Assembly: GCF_004010195.1 (NCBI RefSeq)
Contig: NC_057751.1
Location: 15,793,677 to 15,857,676, forward strand
Length of the DNA: 64,000 bases
Reading direction: 5' to 3'
From: Chiloscyllium plagiosum
Taxonomy: Eukaryota
This document shows, in pieces, positions 12,169-24,968 of the stretch. Under the pieces are notes generated by a model, which was not told the DNA's origin, did not search any database, and worked only from the letters and a program-made list of their open reading frames with translations. The translations under genes were made by a program, and so were the position numbers. Position 1 is the stretch's first letter. Every line of letters begins with the position of its first letter.

Positions 12169-12280
12169 CCTATCTGTGATGGTCTTCTAAAGGCGGAGGG
12201 TTAAATGGGACTTAACGGGAAAGTGGCCTATCTGTGATGGTCTTCCAACCGTTGAGGGTTAAATGGGACTTAATGGGAAA
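12169..12280. repeat. 58-bp tandem duplication
   Basis: CCTATCTGTGATGGTCTTC...GAGGGTTAAATGGGACTTAAYGGGAAA twice. Confidence 0.9.
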
Positions 12281-12325
12281 ATAACTGGTGCAAGGTAGGA
12301 ATTTGATGCTCTATTCTTCTCGCAG

Positions 12326-12394
12326 ATAGCGACAAAGGTTGTTGAGAACCATATAAATCCTGAATGGAACCAAGTGATCTACCTGAAGAGCAGG
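12326..12394 (+). CDS. Ferlin exon 14 equivalent (C2C), inverted block
   Basis: 69 nt, tcgcag|...|gtgagt; IATKVVENHINPEWNQVIYLKSR. Confidence 0.93.
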
Positions 12395-13484
12395 GTGAGT
12401 TTCCCACGATCCCGTTTCCATCCCACACCCACACTCACAGGTCACACAGGGTGAGGGTTAGTGCAACTGTGCACAGAGCTGCAGTGATACCTGCCCATGG
12501 AGAGGCTGCTTGTGTGAAAGAGTTGATGCACTGGTTATGGTATTAACCCTTGAAGGAGTTTAAAATCAGAGAGGTAAAACCCGGAGGTCTGTGTTCAGCT
12601 ATTTAATGCCAATCTGGCCATCACTGGGGTGAAAGGGGTTACGTGATGAAGACTTGCATAGCCTGGTTTGTGTTTCCTTTCATATGGGAGACCTAAAAGG
12701 GGCAATCTGCTAACATTTGACAAACTACAATCGTAAAATCCCTAGAGTGTGGAAACAGGCCATTTGGCCCTTTGAGTACAGACCGCACCTCTGACCAGCA
12801 TCTCACCCAGCATTCCTGGTGAAGGGCTTATGCCCGAAACATCGATTCTCCTGCTCCTCAAATGCAGCCTGACCTGCTGTGCTTTTCCAGCACCACACTG
12901 TTGACTCTCACCCAGACCCACCATATTACCCCAACTCTAACCCTGCATGTCCCATGACTAACCCATCTAACCTGCGCATCGCTGGACAATGTGAGCATTA
13001 TAACCTGGCCAATCCACCCGAACCTGCACATTTTGGGACTGTGGGAGGAAACCAGAGCACCCACAGGAAACCCATACAGACACTTGGAGAATGTGCAAAC
13101 TCCACACAGACAGCCACCCAAGGGTGGAATCAAACCCGAGTCCCTGGCGCTAACCACTGAGCAACAGTGCTGTCTGATCTAGTCAGGAGTGTTCACAGAT
13201 GACCAAAAGGGTTTGATTGGATAGATCGAGAGCTGATGCCCACGCCACTTGGCTGCAATGGGGAATCAGCTTGATGTATCCGATATTGAGGCAATAATGT
13301 GGAGGAGTGTTAGCCAGACAGCCAAAGCGGATGGATGGTATAGCTTAGACACAGAACGGGAATGAAATCAGGTTTCTCATCAGCAAAACGCTGCACTGTC
13401 AGGACAGGGTCCCACAGGGTTTGGGATTCAGGAATGTTGCCGAGCTCTTGATGAAGTCATTGTTTGTGTTTATTCTCTCCACAG

Positions 13485-13528
13485 TTTCCCTCCTTGTGTG
13501 AGAGTATTCGCTTCACGGTGTGTGAACG
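13485..13528 (+). CDS. Ferlin exon 15 equivalent (C2C), inverted block
   Basis: 44 nt, ccacag|...|gtaagt; FPSLCESIRFTVCE(R). Confidence 0.92.
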
Positions 13529-14239
13529 GTAAGTGAGAGGTTGCTTCTTGCACTCTTCCAGCTGGGAAGGGCTACACCTTGGGCTGTGAGAGCTGATGCT
13601 CCCTTTGCAAGACTCCTGTAACCTATGGCTGGGTGTTACAGTCTGCCCCCACAGTGTGTGTTTTTGGAAGAGGTTGTTAAGGGGCCACTTAGAAGAGAAG
13701 TGACAGCAAGCCCATCCCCTGGTCCAGTCCCAATAATCCTGGTTGCTGAAATCAGCAGCTCGCCTGACATACTAAAAGCAATAGCCAGGGGGCAATAGTA
13801 GAGCATGTTACCAAGCTGGTTGTTTCATATTACTCAGTCCAGAAGTTGGTCAGCGATGGGAGACGCGAGGAGCCACTATTTCAATAAAAGTAACAGTGGG
13901 AAGGAAGAAATGTAGAAACTAGCTGCCAGAGTTCTTTCTGTCGGGTCATGGCTGACCTTCGTTGTCAATGTCATATGCCTGCTCTCTCCCATACCACTCG
14001 ATACCTTTAAAATCCAAACATTTATCTCTCTGATTCTTGAATAGATTGGGTGATCCAGCCTCCACGCTCTCCAGTGGTAGAGAATTCCACAGGTTCACTA
14101 ACCTTAGGGTGAATAAATGTTTCCTCATCTCAGTCCTATATTGGGAGTGTTACCCACTGAATGAGTCCACTCCCCAGGCTTCTGTCTGCACAGCACATAT
14201 GAGGCACACCGCATTAATAATGTCAATACAAATCTCAAA

Positions 14240-15530
14240 TGCAGGAGGAAGGCTAGGACTGGAATAAGGAAGGCTAAGAGGAAGCCAGAGGAAAGGATGG
14301 CAGACTGCGCTAAAAGAAACAGCAAAATGCTGTTAGAAAATATAATTAGTAAAAGATGATTGAAGAATAGAGTGGGGCAGGATAAGCCGCTCACTGAAGC
14401 AAAGGGAATGGCAGAGTTCAAAATTAACACTTTGCTTCTGTCTTTAATAAATCAGAAAATGATGACAATAGCCCAGTTAAAAATGTTGGTGTTCAGCAAC
14501 TGAGCTGTATGGGGCTAGATAAGGGAGAGGTGCTATAAAGGCTGGCAGCACTCCCAAGGAGAGAAGTTTCCAGGCCTGGATGGGATGCATCCCAGATTGC
14601 CAAGAGAGATGAGGGAGCTAGTTGTGGAGTCATTGATAGAATTTTTCCAGGCCTCTCTGAACACAGGATCAGTCCCGGAGGGTGTGGAGGATTGCAAATG
14701 TGACGCTGCTGTTTAAGAAAGGGCCAAAGGATAACTCGGGAAACTACAGACCTGTCAAAATGATATCAGTAGTGGGGATATGGAGGCCATAATATGGAAT
14801 AAGGTAAATATACACCTGAAGGAAAATAAGTTAATATTAGACAGTCAACATGGCTTTATCAAGGGCAGGCCACGTCTGACAAATTGATAAAGTTCTTTGA
14901 AGAGGTGACACAGGTAAAGGCTGTAGATGTTGTATTTTTGGGCTCTCAGAAAGCATTTGATATGGTGCTACACAGTGGGTGAGCTAAAAATACAAATCGT
15001 TGGTCAGACTCTGTTCGGACTGTTGCGGGCAACTTATTGAGGAAGGATGTTAAAGTGCTGGAGAGAGTGCAAAGGAGATTTACGAGAATTATATCAATAA
15101 TGAGGAATTTTTAGATACACGGAAAGATTAGAGAGCTTGGTCCTTTCCCCTTGGAGCAGAGAAGATTAAGAGGGGACCTTATTGAGGTGTTCAAAATTAT
15201 GAACAGCTTTGACAGGGTTAAGAAGGTTATTCTGTTTATGTCAGTAACAAGTGGGTCACAGTTTCAAGATTGTCAGCAAGGAGTGAGATAAGGACAGACT
15301 TATTTACTCAGAGAGTTGTTGGGATTTGGACTGAGCTACCTGGGAGAGTGGTGCAGGTGGATTCTGTAGAAGGTTTCAAAGGAGAGCTGGATGTATATTT
15401 GAACAGAATGCATTTGGAGAGCTACTGAGATTGAACTGGTATATGGAACTAGCTGGACAGCTCTTTTGGAAGTCAGGACAGACATGAGGATTAAGTAGCC
15501 TCGTCCTGTATAATATTACGATTCTATTAC
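14240..15530 (+). mobile_element. CR1 LINE fragment, old
   Basis: Decayed ANVTLLFKKG..DN.GNYRPV, SQHGFIKGR, ERVQRRFTR motifs. Confidence 0.85.
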
Positions 15531-15852
15531 TTAGACTGCTGGGGAGTGGGTCACAAACTTTCTTTAAATGCTGTACAGTTACAACAGTTACCTGTGTTAA
15601 TCTCGGCAGCGATAGCCACAGCCCCCTCGATCTCCCTTCTGTCTGTTGAGGCAATATGACACACACTCGGAAAATTATCAAACACAGTTCGCAAGTACTC
15701 TATTAAAGTTCATGGCGATTGTAATGGTTGTGGGACATGTCAGAGTGTACTTGGTGTTTTAAAATGCTAAAACGTGTAGTTTGACCGATACCGTGCCCCA
15801 TCCCCGGCCCTGTTCCCAGGTCACTAAGACTTTTTGTGGTCACTACTTTCAG

Positions 15853-15929
15853 GAAGAGTGCTGTGAAAAGCCACCCCGTAGGAACAACACACCTGAGCAT
15901 CTCAAAGATCTCGATGACAGGGTCAGAAG
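15853..15929 (+). CDS. Ferlin exon 16 equivalent (C2C), inverted block
   Basis: 77 nt, tttcag|...|gtaagg; KSAVKSHPVGTTHLSISKISMTGSE. Confidence 0.88.
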
Positions 15930-16079
15930 GTAAGGAATGTTACAGGTTCACCAGGAGCTTCCTGCGACAGCTTCACCTTTCAGGTCAGTTGTGACCTTGG
16001 CTTCTATTTTTCCACCGAACATGTCCCTGGACTCTCCACACCGGCTTGGTTCTGATGACGAGCTCTTTGTGAGATTGTG

Positions 16080-16149
16080 AGGAGATAGTGAGGGCTACAG
16101 GTGCTGGAGATCAGAGTCGAAGAGTGTGGTGCTGGAAAACACCCGTCGA
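16080..16149 (-). mobile_element. Very short family-A insertion with 15-bp TSD
   Basis: Family-A terminus between CTTTGTGAGATTGTG repeats at 16065-16079 and 16150-16164. Confidence 0.75.
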
Positions 16150-17123
16150 CTTTGTGAGATTGTGCCAAGTCAGATCTGTGAGTGCAGAGGCATGGCATGA
16201 CACTTAAGAATGCTTTGCTTTCTTTGGCATCTTTCTTATCCCCAGGATGTCCCCAGGCGGAGAAGGGAGTACTTCTCAACAAGCAGTAACTGTCAGGAGA
16301 GCAGTGCGGCCAATTCGTGCACACATCCAACTCCCTCAGCCGGCAGATCATTGACCAGCTTACCTGGTTTGAAGTGTTAGTAAGGAAGTGAATGTTAGCC
16401 AGTACTGCTGGGGAGGACTCCTGAGTACCCCTGTTGGGATCTTGTACGTCCCCCAGAGGGGGCAGATGGGAAAGGCAGCATCTCAGACAGTCCAGCACTC
16501 TGACAGTACTGAAGGTGGGAGTGCCTGCCTGGATTTTGATGCCCTGTCTTCAGGATCAGAGCAGAACACAGATGGCCATTTGATTGAACTGAGATCCCGA
16601 TCGACCTAAGGTAACCACAATACCCTTGTGTCCACATCTGTGGCCGTTCTGACCTCGATCTTACATTCAGGATCTCACTTGTGATGCCCAACAGTTTAGT
16701 GAAGACCTGTACATCTATCCTTGGTTACCTCATTCAAAGAGTCATAGAGTCATACAGCATGGAAACAGACCCTGAGGTCTATGTGATCTGTGCTGACTAA
16801 GTCTCCCAAACTAAGCTACAGCCACTTGTCCCTGTTTGACCCATATCCCTTGAAACTTTACCTATTAATTTATCTGTCCAAATATCTTTTAAATGTTGTA
16901 ACTGTACCTGCATCTACCACTTCCTTTGGTAGTTTGTTCCACATTTGAACCACCCTCTGTGTGAAAACATTGCCCCTCAGGTCCCTTTTAAATCTTTTCC
17001 CTCTCACCTTAAAAATATGCCCCAGTTGTGACCTTACCCACCCTCAGCGAAAAGACACCTGCCATTCACCTTACCTATACCGCTAACGATCTTATAGCCT
17101 CGTGTAAGGTCACCCCTCAACCT

Positions 17124-17342
17124 TCAAGGAGAAAGTGAGGGCTGCAGATGCTGGAGATCAGAGCTGAAAATGTGTTGCTGGAAAAGCGCAGCAGGTCAGG
17201 CAGCATCCAAGGAACAGGAGAATCGACGTTTCGGTCATAAGCCCTTCTTCAGGAATGAGGAAGGGCTTATGCCCGAAACGTCGATTCTCCTGCTCCTTGG
17301 ATGCTGCCTGACCTGCTGCGCTTTTCCAGCAACACATTTTCA
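17124..17342. mobile_element. Penelope-derived fold-back element (family A) with TSD, inserted in a CR1 fragment
   Basis: 83-bp inverted arms 17165-17247 and 17260-17342 (2 mismatches); direct repeat TCACCCCTCAACCT at 17110-17123 and 17340-17353; hammerhead core at 17225-17252 (-). Confidence 0.85.
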
Positions 17343-18066
17343 CCCCTCAACCTCCTGTGTTCCAGTGAGAAAAATTCCAGCCTATCTGCCCTCTCCTTAT
17401 AACTCCGATCCTCTAGTCCTGGCAACGTGTTGGTAAATATTTTCTGAACCCTTTCTTGGGAGTCATGATGGGGGTGGAGAGAATGGCAGGGAAGGGATGT
17501 TGCTTGAGAGAGTGTAGGGGCACAATGTACACTCTGACCTGATGCGCCCAGTGTTTGACATTAGATATCCATCCAATCCGTGTCTCTCATTATCTCACAT
17601 ACTTCTCTGAGGTCACCCCTCAGCCTCCAACGCTCTAGCGATAGCAATCCAAGTTTGTCTAACTTCTCCTCGTAGCAAATACGCTCCAATCCAGGCAACA
17701 TCTTTGTAAATAGTTCGACCCTTTCTGAAACATCAAATGATAAATTGGCTTTCTGAAAATGTTGATGCAGTCGTGATGTCTCGTTCTGTAGAACGTATCA
17801 ACCAACTAAATGACACGGTGAAATTGGGCCTTTTAATTGGATTTATTGTCCAAACTGACATGGCTGCAATGTCGATCTTGATTCAGTGAGACTGTGCATT
17901 CTCAATTACCTTATACTTTCCATTGTATGTTAAAATTAGGACTAAGAATAGATCATTCAGCCCAGCGAGCTTCCTTTGACATACACCACTATTATGTCTA
18001 ATTTGATAGTGGCTGCAACTTCACTTTCCTCTGTAGTATCCCCCCCAGTAATCATCAGCTCTATTC

Positions 18067-18094
18067 CTGATGAAGGGCTTTTCCCCGAAACGTT
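18067..18094 (+). ncRNA. Hammerhead ribozyme core (family A, diverged)
   Basis: CTGATGA-A-GGG-CTTTTC-CCC-GAAAC-GTT, followed by the family-A tail to about 18150. Confidence 0.5.
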
Positions 18095-18550
18095 TATTTT
18101 CCTGCTTCTCGGGTGCTGTCTGACCTGCTGTGCATTTCCAGCACCACTCTAAACTACAGAATAATATTAGCAGACTTCACGACAGACTGATGAATCAGTA
18201 CACGGGACAGAAACAGACCATTCGGCCCTTCTGATTTGTGCCAGTATTTATGAACCCTCCTGTCTGCTGCTTCATCACACTCCGTCAGCAGACCCTTCTA
18301 TTCATTTCTGCCTCTTGCACTAATCTATTTTCCCTGTCAAAGTTATTCACGGTGTTTCGGTGGGTTCCACAGACTGAGCATAGGTTTCTCCTGACTTAGC
18401 TATTGGGCTTATTAATGACCGTCGTTTATGAAGGACCCTGACACTCTGCTTCGGCCTACACCTCCTTGCATGTCCTGCTGCCCGTGGCTACTGCGTTGGA
18501 GCCTCGCTTTCCGAGTCGGTAATAACGCACATTGTTTTCTAATCGAGCAG

Positions 18551-18666
18551 ACGATGAGACGCCCGGGTTCCTGCCAACGTTTGGGCCGTGCTTCCTGAAC
18601 CTGTATGGGAGCCCCCGGGAAGGATTGGACGGTTCAGACAAATACGATGAGCTGAACCTCGGAAAG
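18551..18666 (+). CDS. Ferlin exon 18 equivalent, inverted block
   Basis: 116 nt; (D)[38 protein letters not shown], with the hallmark [16 protein letters not shown]. Confidence 0.97.
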
Positions 18667-20423
18667 GTGACTGGCTTTGTTTCTCTTTCCTGAATGACGT
18701 GGGGCAAGGTTTGACCCGTCTGTGGCTTCGGCGGTTTCAAAGAGGGTAAAAAAGGCCAATTCACATTAAGGGCAGTGCTGCGTCTGTCATGGGACAGGAA
18801 GTATCCATTTGGCCCATTATTCCTATGCTGGCTTTTTCAAAGAGCTCACTTCATTTCTTTCTGATCCTGTCCCCTGTAAATGCAAGGTTTGATTGTAAGT
18901 TCCAAATATATATCCACTGACTCATCAAGCAGTGCATCTCGGATCACACTTTGGTGTTTTAAAAAAACTTCTCATCCTGACCTCCAATGTTTTGGACCTG
19001 TTCCCTCACTGCTAATCCCCTTGTTCGTGGGAACGGTTTCCTGCAAAATATTTTTGATCATTATCTCTCAATTTCTTTTGTCAGACAGTATGCAACAAGG
19101 CCTAGGCAATGTTGTGTCTTGGACTGATAAGTGGCAAGTAAAATTTGCAACTCACAAGTTCCAGGCAATGACGCCCCTATCCTCGAACCACCTGCTCTTG
19201 ACATTCAACAGCATCCCCATCATAAAATTCGACCCCCTCTGCCACCGGCCGCTGTAACTTTCTGGGGAATTACTGTTAATCTGAAACTCAACTGGACTAG
19301 CCATATAAGTACAGTGGCTGCAAGAGCAAGTCAGAGGCTGGGAATAACTCCCCAAAGTCTGACCATAATTCGCAAGGCACAAGTCAGGAGTGTGTGAGAG
19401 AATACTCCCCACTTGCCCTGGATGAGTGTAGCTCCAGCAACACTCGAGAAGTTCGATATCATCCAGGACAAAGCAGCCAACTTGTATGGCACCACAAATA
19501 TTCAGTTGCATCAATGTGTGCCATCTACAAGGTGCATTGCTGCAACTCATCCTTCAGCACACATCCCAGACCCACGGCCTCTTTCATTTACAAGGGCAAG
19601 GGAACCCCACTCTCTCTGCAAGTTCCCCTCTGAGTCACTCACCGTCCCGACTTCGAAAAATATCGCCCGTTCCTTCAGTGTCGCTGGGTCAGAATCCTGG
19701 GACTCCCTCCCTCAGGGCACTGTCCCTGCACGACATGGATTGCAGCGGTAGAAGATGGCTCAGCCCCCCCACCACCTTGTTAAGGGGGCAATTAGGGGGA
19801 ACAGGGCGTTAAATGCTACTCCCGCCAGTGACATCCACATCTAAGATTAAGTGGATTTTGAAAAAAATGTGTTTTTAAAGTTCGTAGGCTTGTCAGAGAA
19901 TGGGTGGACACTGCAGAAATTCAAGGTAGACTCATACAAGAGGCGGGCCTTCGCTTCAACAGGGTGAGTCAGTATAGGGAGAAGAATGTTTCACCCTCAG
20001 GATGTTTGAGAGTGAAGAGTACAAAGTATTTAACTTCATTGGGAGAGGCCGAGAGGGGTGTGTTTATCAGGGAAAGATGGGTCTCCGTAACAGAAGAGTT
20101 CATTTCTGTCTGTTCCAATGGGAGCAACAGAATATTCGGATGATGGTCAAAGCTATTAAGGAAACAAGAGGAGGTACAGTGTGTTCAAGGGCGGAGATGT
20201 GGAGAAAGATTCACTTGAGTTCAGGGACTAGCTGGGAAGGAATAGCTGGAATGAATGATGGTTCAGTGGTTATCCTGCTTAAGTATGCATTTAATTTTCA
20301 ACACAAAAGGGCTTAGATGGGCGTGCTTGGTTGAACAAATTGCACAGTGAAGTGTTGAGATGAGATCTGGCACATCATCTTCGTGTAACACTCTGACTTT
20401 TCTCCTCACGCTCTCGCTCACAG

Positions 20424-20537
20424 AGTGAAGGAGTCGCCTATCGAGGGAGGATTTTGATAGAATTGGTCACGAGGATGGACGAGACCTCGGGGAAAACCAT
20501 TGACGACCTGTTGCTCGAAGATTTCTCGATTGTACAG
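20424..20537 (+). CDS. Ferlin exon 19 equivalent, inverted block
   Basis: 114 nt; SEGVAYRGRILIELVTRMDETSGKTIDDLLLEDFSIVQ. Confidence 0.96.
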
Positions 20538-22969
20538 GTATTCGTGCCGTAAAGCTGTCCTTTTCCAGAATTGGTCCTTGGTTTGATTCCGAGCATGGGG
20601 AATTGAGGATTTCTTGTGTGTAAGAGTGAGTGTTTGTTTGAGTGCTCCTGTTGCTGCGAGCAGAAGGATTAAGTGCTGCTGCTGTTAATTTACCAATGGC
20701 GGCATTTGGTTTGACCAACATTGTGTTCCTTCAGTCTACTCGAAGTCAAGTTTCATTTTGTTTGGTCATGAGAAGTGGAAGGTGAGGAGTTCTGTGTCTC
20801 CACTTGGTTGGGTGGAAGTTTCCACGTCTTTTCACAAGCGTTCAAGGCTCTCTCCTTGCCTCTGTCATTTGCAATTGGTGATGCTCCTTCTTCCCATATC
20901 AATAGAGACAGAGAGAGAAAGAATGTCTGCTGTCCACCAATCTGCCTGCCTTTTTGTTCAGGCTCCAGTGTTGAATAAAGGAATCCTGATGAGGCAACAC
21001 AAGGGAAGTAATTTGGCCCATCTAGCCTGTGTTGGAGCGATCCAGTTATACCCACTGCTCTTCCCCCCTGCCCCCTACCCCTGCATCACCGGGTCCTGCA
21101 GCTGCCTTCCACCACAATCAGTTGTTAGGCTCCCTTTTGAAAGTTTGTGGGCAGCACGGTGGCACAGTGGTTAGCACTGCTGCCTCACAGCGCCAGAGAC
21201 CCGGTCAGATGACTGACTGTGTGGAGTTTGCACATTCTCCCTGTGTCTGCGTGGGTTTCCTCCCACAGTCCAAAAATGTGCAGGTTAGGTGAATTGGCCA
21301 TGCTAAATTGCCCGTAGTGTTAGGGGCAGAAGTAAATGTAGGGGAATGGGTCTGGGTGGGTTGCGCTTCGGCGGGTCGGTGTGGACTTGTTGGGCCGAGG
21401 GCCTGTTTCCACACAGTGAGTAATCTAATCTAATCTAATCTAATCTTACTAAGATTTTAGCTTTATTGTCACGCGTACTCAAGTACAGGAAGTGTACAGT
21501 GTCGCCATCTTAGGTATGAAGTTACCTAGCTACAAAAACGTAGGTACTACTGATCATCAATCACATTTTCCTTTCACCATCTCTGCTGTAAGGTGAGCAA
21601 CCCCCCTGCTCTGCTTCTCCACATAATTGAAGGCCTTCATTGCGCTGAACTGTTTAAGGAAATTTGCTCTCGTTCATGGTTTTGCACAACCCAGCTACCC
21701 CTCAAGTCACCAAGCTGCTGAAACCCTTTCTCAGGCCTTAGTCACCTCAAGACGTGACTATTTCGACACTTCACTGATTGACCTCCCATCTTCACGGACA
21801 GTAATTTGTCCGAACCAGTCCCTTTGTATTTTTAATCAGACCAAGCCTGTAAGCCAGGTTCTCATTGACCAACATTGGCTCCTGGTCTGGCACAACCTTG
21901 AAGCTCTCATTTTCAAATACCTCATGATGTTGCACCCTCTCTATCTCTGCTGACTCCTTTGTCATTGCTGGTAACATAGTGGCCATGTTACTGGAATAGC
22001 GATCCTGGACTAATGACACTTGGGTTCTCACTTCCACTGTGGCAACTGGAGTTCACGGATGTCCTTCAGGGAAGGAAATCTGCAACCCTTACCCGGTCTG
22101 GCCTACTCAGCGATGTGAACAAGCCGACCCAGGCACTCACTTTTATCAAACCACGACAGAGTGAGGCACTGTGCGTAAACTTTAAGGCACACAGTCTGCA
22201 GCGGTTCAAGAAGCTTCTCAGCAGCTTAGAGCTGGGCAACAGAAATGAAACCGGTATCCCATGAATGAGGTTGAAACCAAGTCCTCCTCCTCCCTGAGCC
22301 CCTCAGGAATTCCCCCTCCCTTTATCCCTTATTTAAAACCCACCACTGTGTTGTTGTCCAGTTTCCTGAGGTGGCTCTGTTCTATCTGATTATGCTTTCC
22401 TCATGTTAATATTGCTATATAGTGGGCGGCACGGTGGCACACTGGTTAGCACTGCTGCCTCACAGCGCCAGATACCCGGGTCTCCAGTTTCCTCCCACAG
22501 TCCAAAGATGTGCAGGTTAGGTGAATTGGCCACGCTAAATTGCCCGTAGTGTTAGGTAAGGGGTAAATGTAGGGGTATGGGTGGTTTGCGCTTCGGCGGG
22601 TCGGTGTGGACTTGTTGGGCCGAAGGGCCTGTTTCCACACTGTAATGTAATTTAAAAAAATACCTGCAAGCTGTTGTAATTATTACTTACTTGGCATGCA
22701 AGTGGGTGTCAGGTTATTGATTGACAGGGTAGATGCAATGGGGGATCAGGGCTCAGCATACGTAGTGTCCCTGTTTCTGGGTCAGGAGACCCAGGTTGAA
22801 GTCCCACCTGCTCCAGAGGTGAGTAACAACATTTCTGAACATGTTGATTAAAAATGTAATTGGGGAGAATCAGAGGGTGCTTTGGCACAGCTGCAGTAAC
22901 CCTCTCTCTGGGCCTGAAGGTCCTGTGTTCAGGTATCACATTGGGATGTGACTGGTTGATCTTGTAATG

Positions 22970-23143
22970 GAGAAAGTGAGGATTGCAGATGCTGGGGATC
23001 AGAGCTTAAAAATGTGTTGCTGGAAAAGTGCAGCAGGTCAGGCAGCATCAAAGGAGAAGGAGAATCGACGTTTCGGGCATAAGCCCTTCTTCCTGGACTT
23101 ATGCCCAAAACGTCGATTCTCCTTCTCCTTTGATGCTGCCTGA
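22970..23143. mobile_element. Penelope-derived fold-back element (family A) with TSD
   Basis: Inverted arms of the family-A tail; direct repeat TGATCTTGTAATG at 22957-22969 and 23141-23153. Confidence 0.85.
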
Positions 23144-23291
23144 TCTTGTAATGCACAAAGGGAGAAACAGATGGGACTGGTCCAAAGATGTGTAGGTTAG
23201 GGTGGATTGGCCATGCTACATTGTCTATGATGTACAGGGATGTGCAGGTTTTGGTAGATTGGCCATGCTAAATTACCCATAATGTCCAGGG

Positions 23292-23602
23292 ATTAGATTA
23301 CTTACAGTGTGGAAATAAGCCCTTCGGCCCAACAAGTCCACACCGACCCGCCGAAGCGCAACCCACCCATACCCCGACATTTACCCCTTACCTAACACTA
23401 CGGGCAATTTAGCATGGCCAATTCACCTGACCTGCACATTTTTTTTGGACTGTGGGAGGAAACCGGAGCACCCGGAGGAAACCCACGCAGACACGGGGAG
23501 AACGTGCAAACTCCACACAGTCAGTCGCCTGAGGCGGGAATTGAACCCGGGTCTCTGGCGCTGTGAGGCAGCAGTGCTAACCACTGTGCCACCATGCCGC
23601 CC
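23292..23602 (-). mobile_element. tRNA-derived SINE, young, nested in an older SINE repeat array
   Basis: Full-length reverse-complement copy. Confidence 0.9.
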
Positions 23603-23604
23603 AG

Positions 23605-23992
23605 GTTAGGGTAGATTGGCCATGCTAAATTACCCATAATGCCCAGGGATGTACAAGTTACGGTGGATTGGCCATGTTAAATTACCCATAGTGTTCAGGG
23701 ATGTGTATGTTAGGGTAGATTGGCCATGCTAAATTACCCAGAGTGTTCAGGGACGTGCAGGCTAGGGTGGATTGGCCATGCTAAATTATTCCCTAGTGTT
23801 CAGGGATGTGCAGGCTAGGGTGGATTGGCCGTGCTAAATTACCCACAATGCTCAGGGATGTGCAGGTTAGAGTGGATTAGCCATGCTGCAGTACCCATAG
23901 TGCCCAGGGATGTGCAGGTTAGGGTGGATTGGCCATGCGACATTACCCATGGTGTCCAGGGATGTGCAGGTTAGGGTGGATTAGCCATAGGA
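23605..23992. repeat. 52-bp tandem array of the SINE internal unit
   Basis: About 7.5 copies of GTTAGGGTRGATTGGCCATGCTAAATTACCCATAGTGYYCAGGGATGTGCAG; a similar array lies on the opposite strand at about 25910-26180. Confidence 0.92.
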
Positions 23993-24186
23993 ATTGCAGG
24001 GATAGGGTAGGGAGTGGGATGCTGTTCGGAGGGTTGGTCTGGACTCAACTGGCCGAATGACCTGCTTGCACGCTGAAGGCGTTCCATCGTGTGTGAAAGG
24101 AGCTGTACTACTGCATTACAAAGAAAGCTTCTTGGTTGTCTGTACCTCCGACAAAGTGAAGGCTCTCTTTGATTTGCCACTTTCAG

Positions 24187-24364
24187 AGATACTTGCACAG
24201 GCGGCGGTACAGTCTCTGCGTCGTGTTCTACTCAGCTACGCAAATGCAGGAGGTGAAGGAGCCCGTCCAGTTTGAGGTCAGCGTGGGCAATTACGGCAAT
24301 AAGTTTGACAAGTCGTGCAAGCTGCACGCCTCCACAACACAGTACAGCCACGCCGTGTTTGATG
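24187..24364 (+). CDS. Ferlin exon 20 equivalent, inverted block
   Basis: 178 nt; [59 protein letters not shown](G). Confidence 0.97.
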
Positions 24365-24787
24365 GTAAGTGGTTGCCTCGGGTACACGGAGGGCTATGCG
24401 CTAACAGAACGATAAAGGCTTAACACTGTGCCGAACTCTCTACATCCAACAAAGCATGTGTGGTGAAATTCGGATCTCCGATGGGCAAAATTCTTCCTTT
24501 GATCCCTATTCCATCTTCGCCTCCTTCACGTCTCCCAATGCCCCATTCCAACCTGACACCCATTCCCAGCGACGCTAGCACAGAAGGTACAGGCAGTGGT
24601 GTGTTACACCTCGCTGAAGGAGTCAGTGTGTTTCAGTGGCAACACTCATTGTTACATGCCTGCAGCTTTGGATGTTTATTTCCCTCAGCTGCCTCCCACT
24701 GTTGTACTGCCAGCCGTTGACAGATGTTGGAAGGATTTGCGGGTCGATGTTTGACATGTTTGGCCCCACCATGAACACAGTTCGAGA

Positions 24788-24968
24788 CAAAGAAACTGCA
24801 GATTCTGGAATCGAAGCGAGACAAGCAGGAAGCTGAAAGAACAGAGCAAGCCAAGCAGCCTCCGGAGGTGGAGAAGTCAACCTTTCTTTGGGTATAATCC
24901 TCGTTAACTTCTCCACCTCCTGATGCTGCCTGACTTGCTGTGTTCTTCCAGTCTCCTGTTTGTCTACC
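24788..24968. mobile_element. Older fold-back element related to family A
   Basis: Inverted arms AGACAAGCAGGAAGCTGAAAGAAC...GAAGTCAAC and GTTAACTTCTCC...CTGTTTGTCT. Confidence 0.6.

Noticed and set aside
17165..17342. pre-miRNA or DNA-transposon MITE
   Set aside because: The arms are copies of a Penelope tail, often asymmetric, with variable 10-16-bp TSDs rather than a fixed short TSD. Small-RNA production cannot be excluded, but nothing here supports it.
15930..18550. Equivalent of the alternatively spliced dysferlin/myoferlin exon 17
   Set aside because: No convincing phase-1/phase-1 micro-exon found by eye; exons 16 and 18 join in frame. It could have been missed.
23605..23992. CRISPR-like array (also 33866-34172 and 1755-2272)
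   Set aside because: Head-to-tail repeats without unique spacers, in vertebrate DNA.
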